DNA from: a virus
Virus record (IMG/VR): IMGVR_UViG_3300043429_000130
Location: 55,643 to 119,642 of that record
Direction: 5' to 3' (one strand)
Length of the DNA: 64,000 nt
Below the pieces are notes generated by a model. That model did not search any database and was not told the DNA's origin. It saw nothing but the letters and a program-made list of their open reading frames with translations. Below, piece after piece: positions 47,218 to 56,632 of the stretch (position 1 is the first letter of the stretch; each line of letters starts with the position of its first letter). A program made the translations under genes and the position numbers.

Positions 47218-48384
47218 ATGTCTAAAGTAAAATCTATTACTAAAAGAACCACGCAAGAAGTGCGTCAGATTGAAACCTCTCTAATTAATAAAGAGGAAGT
47301 ATTTAAAATGCTAGCTTTGGCTGAAGCAACAGGACTACCATGTCTATTAATCGGTCAGCCAGGTGTAGCAAAGACTAAAACTGTAGTTGATTATGCTAAG
47401 GCTTGGTTAAACAAAGATGGTAAGATGACAGCAAAAGACTTTGCTGAGAAGATCTACATCTTAGAAACTGATGAAGGAACTAAAGCATCAGAAATCAAGG
47501 GTATGCCTGACTTAGGCAAGTTGTTTACAGATAATGAGTACTCTCTTAGCACACCTATTGCTGATGCAGAGATTGTAATCATCAACGAGGTAGATAAAGC
47601 TAGCTCAGCTATCCGTAATGCCATGTTAGGTGTAATGAACGAGAAGTTCTTGTTCAATGGTAAGCACAAGATTCCATGTAAGTGGAAACTGTTTGTAGCT
47701 ACATGTAATGAAATCCCTAAAGAAGAGAAAGGTTCTCCATTCTGGGACCGTTTTATGTTAAAACATACAGTTAACCGTGTATCTGCAGGTGAGATGGTTA
47801 AATACTACAACAAAGGTGGCCGTGATTACCGTGAGAAGTTTAACATCGGTATCCCTAATAAGATGGAAATCAACGAGGTAGAAATTCCAGCAACTAAGCT
47901 AGAAAAATATCTAGAAGTTGGTTACCAGCATAGCTCTGACCGTACACTTACTTTCGTACCTACACTTTCTAAAGCTGTATCTTATATCTGGGATATCTCA
48001 GTAGATAAGGCTCTTGTAAAAACAGCTCAGATCATGATTGATCAAACTGCAGGTTCTGAATTACAGAATAAACTAATGTCACCAGAGGTTAAAGCAGTAA
48101 TGAGTAAGGTGGAGATGCTACACAGCTATCAAACCAATGCTCAGTTAGAGTTGGCTATTGCAGAGATTGAAGGATTGATCAATACATATGCGGGTAGAGG
48201 TATTATGGATGCAGGTCAAGTTGGAGAGATTGAGCTTTCTATGCAGTATATCTTACAGAATCATCCAGCACGTGTTGATAATGTAGACAACAATGAATTA
48301 GAAGCTATGATGTCTGAGATGGAATCTGGTCCAATGGAAATGGAGCATGCTTCTATGCCAGTTGATGCTAGCAACCCTTTCTAG
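47218..48384 (+). CDS. MoxR/RavA-type AAA+ ATPase (start 47218 or 47119)
   Basis: LLIGQPGVAKT, IINEVDKAS..RNAMLGVMNE, ATCNEIP and FWDRF motifs. The ORF-track extension to 46870 overlaps another gene. Confidence 0.85.
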   Translation: MSKVKSITKRTTQEVRQIETSLINKEEVFKMLALAEATGLPCLLIGQPGVAKTKTVVDYAKAWLNKDGKMTAKDFAEKIYILETDEGTKASEIKGMPDLGKLFTDNEYSLSTPIADAEIVIINEVDKASSAIRNAMLGVMNEKFLFNGKHKIPCKWKLFVATCNEIPKEEKGSPFWDRFMLKHTVNRVSAGEMVKYYNKGGRDYREKFNIGIPNKMEINEVEIPATKLEKYLEVGYQHSSDRTLTFVPTLSKAVSYIWDISVDKALVKTAQIMIDQTAGSELQNKLMSPEVKAVMSKVEMLHSYQTNAQLELAIAEIEGLINTYAGRGIMDAGQVGEIELSMQYILQNHPARVDNVDNNELEAMMSEMESGPMEMEHASMPVDASNPF

Positions 48385-48520
48385 AACAGGGTTATAGACA
48401 CTTAACAGAAAATTTCTACTGGAAAAGTGGTGAGATCTATTTCTTAAACGATGAAGGTGAGATGCATCTATTAGTAGGTGCATCTCTATCTTCATAACTA
48501 TAACCCATAACTTTGTAAAC

Positions 48521-50023
48521 ATGGCTAGTCCTAAACAATATAAGAATGTATACACCATTCTTGAGAAAGTAAAAAAAGGTGAGATACAGTCTTACTATAA
48601 TGACGATGATGATGGATTGTTTGGTAAGATTAACTTTTATAAGAAAGCTGATCTTATTAAGCCATACATGCATTACATAGATGAGCGTAAAGTAGATACT
48701 GTAGTAGATACTTATATGCAAAACCAAGATGCAATAGCAGATGCATACCGTAAGCTATCCTCTAGTACTAAGATCAACCCTGATCAAAAGCCAGACTATG
48801 ATACTTTTACAAAGAAAGTACAAGAGAACTATAGAAAGTTTCCTAAGCACATGTCTAAAGACATTCATAAGCTTTTCTATCATAAGATGGAAAACTTAGA
48901 ATTTGAAGACCGTGAAGATACTAACTACACTAAGTTCAAAATGCTTGAGAGAGCTAACAACCCTGTTGCTAAGATTATGACTGAAGGTAGTAACCTTAAG
49001 TCTACGATCTTTGCTAGAAATATTATGGCATATTTTGCTGTAAGATCTGCTATGATGGAGTATATAGATCCAGATACACAACAGCAGTTCATGAGTGGCA
49101 TGAATGGTGAAGGTGACCCTGATGATCTAGATCAAGCAATGGATAAGATGTTTAATGATAAACAATCTAAGAACATGCTTGACCAAGCTCTTAAAGATGC
49201 AACAGATACTTGTAAAGGTCTTGATGAATCTGTAGACAAAGAAACCCAGGAAAAAATGTTTGATAACGTTAATAAAGACGGAGGAAGACAAGCTGGTAAC
49301 CTTAGTCCAGATTATATCAGAAAGGTTGTACAGGAACTATCTAAGCTTAGTATGTCTTTAGGTAGTCTTAAAGATAAGATTAAGAAGCTTATGGATAAAT
49401 CTGCTTCTTATTTTAGTGCTAAGAAAGAGACTGTATATGAAGACTTGTTTAACTCTGATAATCTAGGTGGTCTTAATGACTATATTGAGCTACATCCTAA
49501 ACTACGTAAAATCTTTGCAGAAGATATACTAGTCAAAGATGAAAAGTCAATTGGTAAGGTAGATATCTACATAGATATTTCAGGATCAATGTCTGATAAC
49601 TGTGGCGTTAAAGATGCTCATGGAAATAGAATTAGTAAGCTAGACTTCTGTAAAGCATTTACAGTTAAGCTTAGTGAGATGGGTATGCTAAATGAGGTTT
49701 ACTTATTTAATAACTCTGTTACTAAATTCAAGAACGATCCTATTTCTTTAGCTATGCTTGATACATCAGGTGGTACTACCACTGATAATGCTATTAGAAG
49801 CATTGAAAAAAACGGTGTTAACGCAATAGTTATTACAGATGCAGAAGATACTTGTAGAGAATACTCAGATAAAGCATTCTTTATAGGTGTTAAAGGATCT
49901 AGATTTAGTCACTTTAAAGATGATATTATCAAACAGTACTCAGATAGCAATCAAGTGGTTGTATTTGATGGTACAAAAGTGTACAATGTAGATCGTAAAG
50001 GTAACACTATAGGTTTATCTTAG
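48521..50023 (+). CDS. VWA (MIDAS) domain protein, ViaA-like partner of the MoxR ATPase
   Basis: IYIDISGSM, SGGTT and VITDAED MIDAS motifs at the C-terminus. Confidence 0.85.
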   Translation: MASPKQYKNVYTILEKVKKGEIQSYYNDDDDGLFGKINFYKKADLIKPYMHYIDERKVDTVVDTYMQNQDAIADAYRKLSSSTKINPDQKPDYDTFTKKVQENYRKFPKHMSKDIHKLFYHKMENLEFEDREDTNYTKFKMLERANNPVAKIMTEGSNLKSTIFARNIMAYFAVRSAMMEYIDPDTQQQFMSGMNGEGDPDDLDQAMDKMFNDKQSKNMLDQALKDATDTCKGLDESVDKETQEKMFDNVNKDGGRQAGNLSPDYIRKVVQELSKLSMSLGSLKDKIKKLMDKSASYFSAKKETVYEDLFNSDNLGGLNDYIELHPKLRKIFAEDILVKDEKSIGKVDIYIDISGSMSDNCGVKDAHGNRISKLDFCKAFTVKLSEMGMLNEVYLFNNSVTKFKNDPISLAMLDTSGGTTTDNAIRSIEKNGVNAIVITDAEDTCREYSDKAFFIGVKGSRFSHFKDDIIKQYSDSNQVVVFDGTKVYNVDRKGNTIGLS

Positions 50024-51356
50024 AACCTATAACACCAAAAAATAACATAGGGATATCAGGACTAGAACTTATGCTAGTCTTGAGCCCTATGTTTAATTTA
50101 AATCTTTTAGTAAAAGAGTAATCAATCCCCATCCCGGAAAGTATACTGACATCAGTAGATTCAGTAAATGTCCCATCTTTAGTAAGATATACAAGGGGAC
50201 TACCAGAAAAATATATATCTGGTGATAAAGTTAATCTACGAGTAAGAGTAAAAGGCTTTGTGTAGAAGAGAAGAATAGAACTAGTGACACTCATTTGTTT
50301 CATAGGGTCACTAGAAGGAGTAGGTAAGTAATCTGCTCCAGCAAAAGAAACAGTCAGGTTAGCTCCTGTCACACCCCACTTACCCATAGGATAAATGTAT
50401 GCGTAGGTACCAAAACCAAACACTGTACCAAAAGCATAGGCTGCAGTGAAACCAAAGTTAGATATACCTTGAAGCTTACCTGCATCAAAATGCATAGCTG
50501 TATATCTACCACTAAGAGCAAACTGTTGAAAGTTGCTCCACACCATGCCGGTTAGTCCCCAGGAAGATTGCCCAGTCATAGAAGACTGAGATATCCCACC
50601 GGTCATAATAATACTGAAACTATTATCTAGACTTTGCCCACCAGTAAAGTCAGAGTTAAATAATATAGGATTTACTTTAGCAGGGCCTTTAGCTGCACTC
50701 TTAGATTTAGATCCACCCCCACTTGATTTAGATTCTGATTTAGACTCAGACTTAGATTCTGAGCTACTACTAGATGATTCTGAACTACTAGATTCAGAAC
50801 TTGAAGAACTTTCCCCACTGCTAGAGCTGCTGCTACTAGATTCTGAGCTCGATCCTTGAGAATTGCTTGAACTACTAGCAGAGCTACTAGCTGAGGAAGA
50901 AGCTGAACTTGCTGCAGAAGAACTTGCAGATGATGCTGCACTACTAGAAGCAGAAGAAGCCGCAGAACTAGCGGCTTGAGATGCTGCACTGGAGGCAGCT
51001 GAAGCAGCGGCAGTAGAAGCAGCTGCTGATGCGGCAGCACTTACAGCAGCAGAAACAGCACCGGCTGTAATCTGAGTGCTAGTTGCTGAAGCTTGAGCCA
51101 CAGAACAAGGAGATAGCTTTCTATAGTCTTCATATACTTGATTAAGCCACGTGTTAAACGCACCACTCCTAACGTCAGCTGCAGTAAAGACTTTAGACTT
51201 ATTATAAAAAACGATAACAGTACTACCAGTAATAGGGATAACAAACGTAGAAACAGTCTTTGTACAAGGATCAACAAATGTCTGAACCAAAGTTTGAGAA
51301 TAGCCATACAATGGTAGTATTACTACAACAATAAGAGTGATAATATACTTTTTCAT
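50007..51356 (-). CDS. Secreted protein with Ser/Ala-rich linker and C-terminal putative outer-membrane beta-barrel
   Basis: Signal peptide ending YGYS-Q, about 110-aa S/A/E linker, alternating aromatic/Gly strands, terminal GVIGSKINL. Confidence 0.65.
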   Translation of the reverse strand: MKKYIITLIVVVILPLYGYSQTLVQTFVDPCTKTVSTFVIPITGSTVIVFYNKSKVFTAADVRSGAFNTWLNQVYEDYRKLSPCSVAQASATSTQITAGAVSAAVSAAASAAASTAAASAASSAASQAASSAASSASSSAASSASSSAASSASSSASSSASSSSNSQGSSSESSSSSSSSGESSSSSESSSSESSSSSSESKSESKSESKSSGGGSKSKSAAKGPAKVNPILFNSDFTGGQSLDNSFSIIMTGGISQSSMTGQSSWGLTGMVWSNFQQFALSGRYTAMHFDAGKLQGISNFGFTAAYAFGTVFGFGTYAYIYPMGKWGVTGANLTVSFAGADYLPTPSSDPMKQMSVTSSILLFYTKPFTLTRRLTLSPDIYFSGSPLVYLTKDGTFTESTDVSILSGMGIDYSFTKRFKLNIGLKTSISSSPDIPMLFFGVIGSKINL

Positions 51357-52087
51357 TACTTGTCAAAGATTCCCTTTTTAACCATACGGTCCAGGATTCT
51401 TGCACAAGCAATGTCTAGAGCTTTTTTAGTAGCAATAGAGATAGAAGATTGATTAAACTTTACAGGATCTAAACTAGCATCTGACAAACCAGATGTTTCT
51501 TTAGTAGTCTTAGCTTCACCTAAGCCAGAACCAGATATAACTGTACCAGTCTCAGCGTTTGTAAATCTAACCTGAAGACCAATACGTGTTACTAGTAGCT
51601 GCTTGGTATCACCTTTGATATATACTGACTCATCCTCTGATATAGAGTAGTCATAACATTCAATGGTAACAAAGTATTCAGCTAGATTAATTTTCCCCCT
51701 GCCGTCTAATTTGTTTTCTGATATACCTGCTTGAGAAGCCTGAAACTGCTTAACCATACGGTTCTTAATCTCAGTTTTGTCTTCTGTAAACTTAAATCTG
51801 TTTAGGTTTTCTAAGTATTCCATAGAAATGTTAGCTACACCTAAACCTACACGCTTTTCTTTAAGCTCAGGAAATAACTCATACATTTCTTCAGAGATTC
51901 CAGCCTTTAAGATCTGGATAGGAATCTGCTTACCTTCATAATCTAGGAACTGACTGATGTCAATAGCCTTTTCAAAATCTGCTTTATAATTCTCAGTAGT
52001 AGTCTTAGCTACCTGAGAAAAACCAGCATGCCCCACCAGGAGCATGCCGGAAAAAAACATAAACCAAACAAAATATTTCTTTCTCAT
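51356..52087 (-). CDS. CsgG/HfaB-like envelope protein
   Basis: Signal peptide AGFS-Q. LGVANISMEYLENLNRFKFTE...AEYFVTIECYD...GLQVRFTNAETGTVISGSGLGEA resembles CsgG-family proteins. Confidence 0.7.
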   Translation of the reverse strand: MRKKYFVWFMFFSGMLLVGHAGFSQVAKTTTENYKADFEKAIDISQFLDYEGKQIPIQILKAGISEEMYELFPELKEKRVGLGVANISMEYLENLNRFKFTEDKTEIKNRMVKQFQASQAGISENKLDGRGKINLAEYFVTIECYDYSISEDESVYIKGDTKQLLVTRIGLQVRFTNAETGTVISGSGLGEAKTTKETSGLSDASLDPVKFNQSSISIATKKALDIACARILDRMVKKGIFDK

Positions 52088-52305
52088 GTCTTCAGTTTAT
52101 TAGAGTATTTGGATAGACCCCAGTACAAAAGCCAAAATACCCCTGATAAGCAATAGAATATGATATCTGTAGCCCAAAAGCTCCCAGTGACGTTTAAGAG
52201 CGTCTTGAATAAAAGATCGTAGCCTAGTGGTAAAAAAAACATGGCTAGCATTAGACTTATATCTTTCAGAGAGTTTACTCTCCGTAGTGTGGTTCTTTTG
52301 TTCAT
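52084..52305 (-). CDS. Small two-TM membrane protein
   Basis: LMLAMFFLPLGYDLLF...IFYCLSGVFWLLY. ATGA overlap with the next gene. Confidence 0.65.
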   Translation of the reverse strand: MNKRTTLRRVNSLKDISLMLAMFFLPLGYDLLFKTLLNVTGSFWATDIIFYCLSGVFWLLYWGLSKYSNKLKT

Positions 52306-52329
52306 CAGAGTCCATGGGAGTTAATTAAG

Positions 52330-52962
52330 TTAAACAATATCTTTTATTTTGCCACACTTAAGACATTCTTCATCTCCGTCTCCATCAGCGTCACCCCAAA
52401 CGTGCTCACACTGACGGTGTGCAAAATACTCATCAATCTTACCATCACCATCAAAGTCTAGACCGTCCATTACACCGTCTCCATCTTCATCAATTTCTAC
52501 ACCTTTTTTAGCTGGTGTAGCAACTGGAGCTTCAGACTTTACTTCTTCTTCTTTAACCTCTTCTTTAGAAGCTTGTGATTGAGCATTAGCTCTATCAGCT
52601 GCAGCTAAGAAAGCAGGGTCCACAAGAGGAGTAGATGGCTTGTTAGAGTCTTTCATATCATTAGTATGTGATAATGAAACTCCGTCTTCTTCATCCATTT
52701 TCTGTACTAACATTTTATCCTTGTCAGTATCAGAGAACCAGTAATCAATAATCTTACCATAAGAGCCAATGAAAGCTCCTAGTAATAATAACAATAGTTC
52801 TTTCCATTCACCTTGGATTGCTGTACCGTAAGTAATAGCGGTAAAGATACCTGCTATAATAAGCATAAAAGATCCAAGTACTAACGCTGTAATAAACCAG
52901 CGTCTCATCATCATTGAGCTAAGTAGTTCTTTAAAACCACTAGGTTGTGTGTTGTTTTCCAT
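52330..52962 (-). CDS. Two-TM membrane protein with Ca-binding DxDGDG repeats and a C-terminal Cys motif
   Basis: Two TMs then KIIDYWF. DEDGDG, DFDGDG and DADGDG repeats. CEH...CLKCG. Confidence 0.7.
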   Translation of the reverse strand: MENNTQPSGFKELLSSMMMRRWFITALVLGSFMLIIAGIFTAITYGTAIQGEWKELLLLLLGAFIGSYGKIIDYWFSDTDKDKMLVQKMDEEDGVSLSHTNDMKDSNKPSTPLVDPAFLAAADRANAQSQASKEEVKEEEVKSEAPVATPAKKGVEIDEDGDGVMDGLDFDGDGKIDEYFAHRQCEHVWGDADGDGDEECLKCGKIKDIV

Positions 52963-52981
52963 ATAAACGTTTATTAATTAA

Positions 52982-53302
52982 TTACCACTTTGGTGCTTCT
53001 TCCTTAAACTCATCACCTTCTTTCTTTTTAACTTTAGCAGCAGGTTGAGCTGGCTGAGCTGCAGGTTTTTCTACAACTCTTTCAATTACTTTAGTTCCAC
53101 CACCAGCTTGTTGAGCTTGTTGGTTAGAGTTAGTAATGTTAATTACAGGGGCTGGAGCTGCAACAGGAGCTGCTTCTTTATCTCCACCACCTAATAGTGT
53201 AGTTAACCATACACCACCGGCTGTAACAACAGTACCTAATACACCTACGATAGTCTTCTTAAGACTTGACCAGGTTCCTTCTTCTTGTGTTTCTTCTGAC
53301 AT
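52982..53302 (-). CDS. Membrane-anchored P/A/Q-rich protein
   Basis: TM segment IVGVLGTVVTAGGVWL and a low-complexity tail. Confidence 0.7.
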   Translation of the reverse strand: MSEETQEEGTWSSLKKTIVGVLGTVVTAGGVWLTTLLGGGDKEAAPVAAPAPVINITNSNQQAQQAGGGTKVIERVVEKPAAQPAQPAAKVKKKEGDEFKEEAPKW

Positions 53303-53308
53303 GATATT

Positions 53309-53686
53309 CTATTTTATAATTATTGGATGTTTAACTTCTTTACCGTTTATGTCTATAAAGATAAGATCATAATCTTGCTTAGCCAGCTGTTTAAGATCAA
53401 ATACTTTTTTAGTTACTTCTTCTGTAGCTGTAAAGCCTTCTTTCTTAACTGGCTCTTCTTTACCAAATGGTACAATTAATACAGAATACTTAGCTCCAAC
53501 TGTAGTAGCAAACTCAGCTGTAATAATATTGCCACTTTGTGTAATAGACTTAATACTTGTAGATGTAGACTGTACGCCTAGATTAATAGGAGTAGGCTCT
53601 TCTAATTCTACCTTAGTACAAGAATAAATTACAAAAATTAATATAAACAATAAGTATATACCTAGTATTTTATTAGTCTCTTTCAT
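53309..53686 (-). CDS. Lipoprotein with T9SS C-terminal-domain-like region
   Basis: IYS-C lipobox. C-terminus FDLKQLAKQDYDLIFIDINGKEVKHPIIIK resembles type A CTDs. Confidence 0.55.
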   Translation of the reverse strand: MKETNKILGIYLLFILIFVIYSCTKVELEEPTPINLGVQSTSTSIKSITQSGNIITAEFATTVGAKYSVLIVPFGKEEPVKKEGFTATEEVTKKVFDLKQLAKQDYDLIFIDINGKEVKHPIIIK

Positions 53687-53687
53687 T

Positions 53688-55820
53688 TTAGAAGTTATTA
53701 TAACCTGTTAATTTAATTTGAGTAGAGTTAAGATTAATACCTAACTGATTTCCTTTTATATCTGCAGCATCCATAAGAGGTGATACCTTTACAGATGTAA
53801 CAATATCAACACCTTGACCTATTGTACTAAATTTAAGTTTAAATGGTACACTAGTTCCTTTGATAGCCTCTGAGTTGTTTTTATCTAGAGCACCAAACTT
53901 AACACGACCATCTTTAGAGCTTGCAAATACATACCAAGTGTTTGGTACAGTAGCTAATAGCTCTTCAAACTTAATCTTAGCTGGATCAAATGTAAATTCA
54001 AATTGTAATCCAGTGACAGATGCACCTTTTGTATCTATACTAACTGGAATTTCTACAGTGTTAGATGTAACAGTTAAATTATTTAAGTTTACATCAATAA
54101 CATTTAAACTTCCAGGTGTAGTAATTGAAGTACCTGTACTATTAGATTGAACAGCCATAGTTCTAAAAGCAGTGTTGGTAGCCAAGCTATTAACTGCATT
54201 AGTCTGTACTGAAGTGTTTCCTCCACTCATAGCAACTACTTGAGAAGAATGAGATCTATTTACATCACCCCATAAAAGATACTTAAGATCTAAAACAGCA
54301 TTAGTACCAAGTGTGCCTGTTTTAAATAAAGTACGAGGCATAGTAATAGTCTTCCAGTTTGACTTAGTAATAGAGCCCCAAGAATTATTTACAGATGTAT
54401 TCATCTCAAACTCTGCTCTAAAGCCATAATCAGATCCCTGCATATTTCTTATAGAAGAGATATATGTACTAGAACCGTCAGTAACTTTTGTTAGAGAAGA
54501 TGGTAGTCTGTATATAGCCCATGTTCCATCATTACTTACAAACTCAACAGGGCCAGTGTAAACGTCAAACAATTGTACAGATTTAATCTGATCAGCTGTA
54601 ACACCACTAGGAAACTCTCTTGCATCAATATGTAACTTACTTATACCATTAGAGTATCCGTTTACAGTAACGTAAGCCCATTCTACTTGACCTGCAATAG
54701 TTGTAGCATTAGCTGCATTCCATGTAGGAAGACTCATCCATCCACCACTACCTGATGTATAACCATTAGGAAGCATCATTAAAGTATCTATACCAGCTAC
54801 TTGTGCTAATAATTGTGGTAGATCACCACCATCAATAGACTTATTACGGTTAATATCTGCAGCAAATAATGATTGTCCAGTATTTAAACTTTGACCATTA
54901 GATCCATCCAGTCCCATAGATGTAAATTCACCTTGAGCTGAAGTAAAATCTGAGATAGTAATAGCGTTGTTATAAATATTATATAACTGATCCATATCAT
55001 GCATTACACTAACATCATATACAGTATTAGCATTTAACTGAGATTGATTAATATCAACCTCTCCTGTAGATGTAATAGGAAATAATACACCCTGGTTAGT
55101 AAGAGTATCTCTAAATGAAACTCTTAAATTAGATAGATTAAATAAGTTAGAGTTAATATCTACTTTAGCTGACACATACTTACCAAAGTTTTGGTTCATC
55201 AAAACAGAAGTAGATAATGGAGCTTCCATTATTGTATTGTCCCATGTACCATCTGCTTTCCAACCTGCTACAAAGTTTAATTTAATAGGATTAAACGTAT
55301 ATGCTGTAGAAGCAGCTTTAAGTCTAAATCTTATTCTAATAAAATCACTATAACCACTATATGGCATAGGTGAATTAGTAGCCCAAGATAGTGTTGTTCT
55401 TAAAATAGCATTAGGTCCACCAACTCCATTAAATGTATAACTAGCATATTGATAGTTAGTAGTACCATTAGCTGTGTTATTAGCAGCAGATCCTGATGTA
55501 ACTGAATTCCAGGTATAGTTAGGATAGTTATTCCAAGATAACTGTATTGTAGAGTTTTGAGGAAGAATACCACCGTTTCCCCCTGTCCCGGTATGGTTAA
55601 CTGAAACTAACTCAAAGTTTACCTGATCATACATAATATCAAATAACAACTGACGTGTAGTGTTGTTATTCATACCATTACCATAGATGATATAGTCAAA
55701 AGTGTCTCCTCGGTTAAGAGAAGACCCTCCTACAAACGTAGAAGCTTTAAACTTTTGCTGAGCAGAAACCTGTACAGCAAAAGCCAATAAAACCGTAACA
55801 AAAAGTAATACTTTTTTCAT
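53688..55820 (-). CDS. Secreted cohesin/dockerin-like domain protein
   Basis: Signal peptide VSA-Q. Cohesin-like LFDIMYDQVNFELVSV and VEIPVSI...GLQFEFTFDPAKIKF. Dockerin-like ADINRNKSIDGGDLPQL and GDVN. Confidence 0.7.
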   Translation of the reverse strand: MKKVLLFVTVLLAFAVQVSAQQKFKASTFVGGSSLNRGDTFDYIIYGNGMNNNTTRQLLFDIMYDQVNFELVSVNHTGTGGNGGILPQNSTIQLSWNNYPNYTWNSVTSGSAANNTANGTTNYQYASYTFNGVGGPNAILRTTLSWATNSPMPYSGYSDFIRIRFRLKAASTAYTFNPIKLNFVAGWKADGTWDNTIMEAPLSTSVLMNQNFGKYVSAKVDINSNLFNLSNLRVSFRDTLTNQGVLFPITSTGEVDINQSQLNANTVYDVSVMHDMDQLYNIYNNAITISDFTSAQGEFTSMGLDGSNGQSLNTGQSLFAADINRNKSIDGGDLPQLLAQVAGIDTLMMLPNGYTSGSGGWMSLPTWNAANATTIAGQVEWAYVTVNGYSNGISKLHIDAREFPSGVTADQIKSVQLFDVYTGPVEFVSNDGTWAIYRLPSSLTKVTDGSSTYISSIRNMQGSDYGFRAEFEMNTSVNNSWGSITKSNWKTITMPRTLFKTGTLGTNAVLDLKYLLWGDVNRSHSSQVVAMSGGNTSVQTNAVNSLATNTAFRTMAVQSNSTGTSITTPGSLNVIDVNLNNLTVTSNTVEIPVSIDTKGASVTGLQFEFTFDPAKIKFEELLATVPNTWYVFASSKDGRVKFGALDKNNSEAIKGTSVPFKLKFSTIGQGVDIVTSVKVSPLMDAADIKGNQLGINLNSTQIKLTGYNNF

Positions 55821-56464
55821 TATAATAGTTTATTTACTAATGAAACAGAAGCTTTTTTCAAAGCAGAACTTAAGTTTTGTTGGTTAAATTTACCCCCTTC
55901 ATCTACAAGAACAGCTGACATAGATATTTCATCAGCAGACTCTTCTACAATAATTTTCTTTTCAAGCTTTCCCTCTTTATATAAAAGACCACGTAGTCTA
56001 ATGACGACTGACTCTTTATTATTATGTAGTACGGAAAAACTAGATTGCGTCTTTAATACATCTAAATAGATTATCTCTACAGATAACTTAAGATTAGCAT
56101 TCTTGTCTAACTCATACTCTTTCTCTTGAAGTGCTTCTTCTAGTACATTCTTTACACCAAATTCTAAGTTACGGTTACCAGCAAGAGAACCTACTACCAC
56201 TTTATTAGTAACAGCAGATATATCTATCTTCTTAGGTTGTTCATACCAGATATTACCTGGATCATTTTTGAACGTACCGTCAAACTTCCAACTGAACCAG
56301 TTAGAAATTGCTAAAGTCTTATCTTCTTGCCCAGAAAAGTGCAAGTAGATCATGTAAACCTGAATGCTTAATGCAAAAGCTATCCATAGACATACTATAC
56401 CTATAAATATCTTAGCAATAAAGTCCCCAAGTTTGCTTGTGTAGTTAAGTAAAACAGCCCTCAT
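55820..56464 (-). CDS. Membrane-anchored CsgG-like paralogue
   Basis: N-terminal TM. FGVKNVLEEAL and KFNQQNLSSALKKA match LGVANISMEYL and KFNQSSISIATKKA in 51356..52087. Confidence 0.6.
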   Translation of the reverse strand: MRAVLLNYTSKLGDFIAKIFIGIVCLWIAFALSIQVYMIYLHFSGQEDKTLAISNWFSWKFDGTFKNDPGNIWYEQPKKIDISAVTNKVVVGSLAGNRNLEFGVKNVLEEALQEKEYELDKNANLKLSVEIIYLDVLKTQSSFSVLHNNKESVVIRLRGLLYKEGKLEKKIIVEESADEISMSAVLVDEGGKFNQQNLSSALKKASVSLVNKLL

Positions 56465-56494
56465 ACTTTCTTCTTTTGTGAGAGCTAAGAGTTA

Positions 56495-56620
56495 TTACCT
56501 CCCTTGCCCTCTGTATTTTTTAACATGTTTCTGTTTTGGTCCACTAGTCTTACTGTGACGACCAAGTCTTCTTTTACCGAAGCTGATTTTCTTAGCTTCA
56601 GATCCTTTAGCTTTTGCCAT
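56495..56620 (-). CDS. Small basic protein (41 aa)
   Basis: MAKAKGSEAKKISFGKRRLGRHSKTSGPKQKHVKKYRGQGR. AAAACCAA leader. Confidence 0.7.
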   Translation of the reverse strand: MAKAKGSEAKKISFGKRRLGRHSKTSGPKQKHVKKYRGQGR

Positions 56621-56632
56621 AGTTATTGGTTT

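Noticed and set aside
50690-51060. Ser/Ala low-complexity tract as a DNA repeat, and overlapping ORFs 50672..51040 and 51041..51307
   Set aside because: Codons vary, consistent with a protein linker. The alternate-frame ORFs are by-products.
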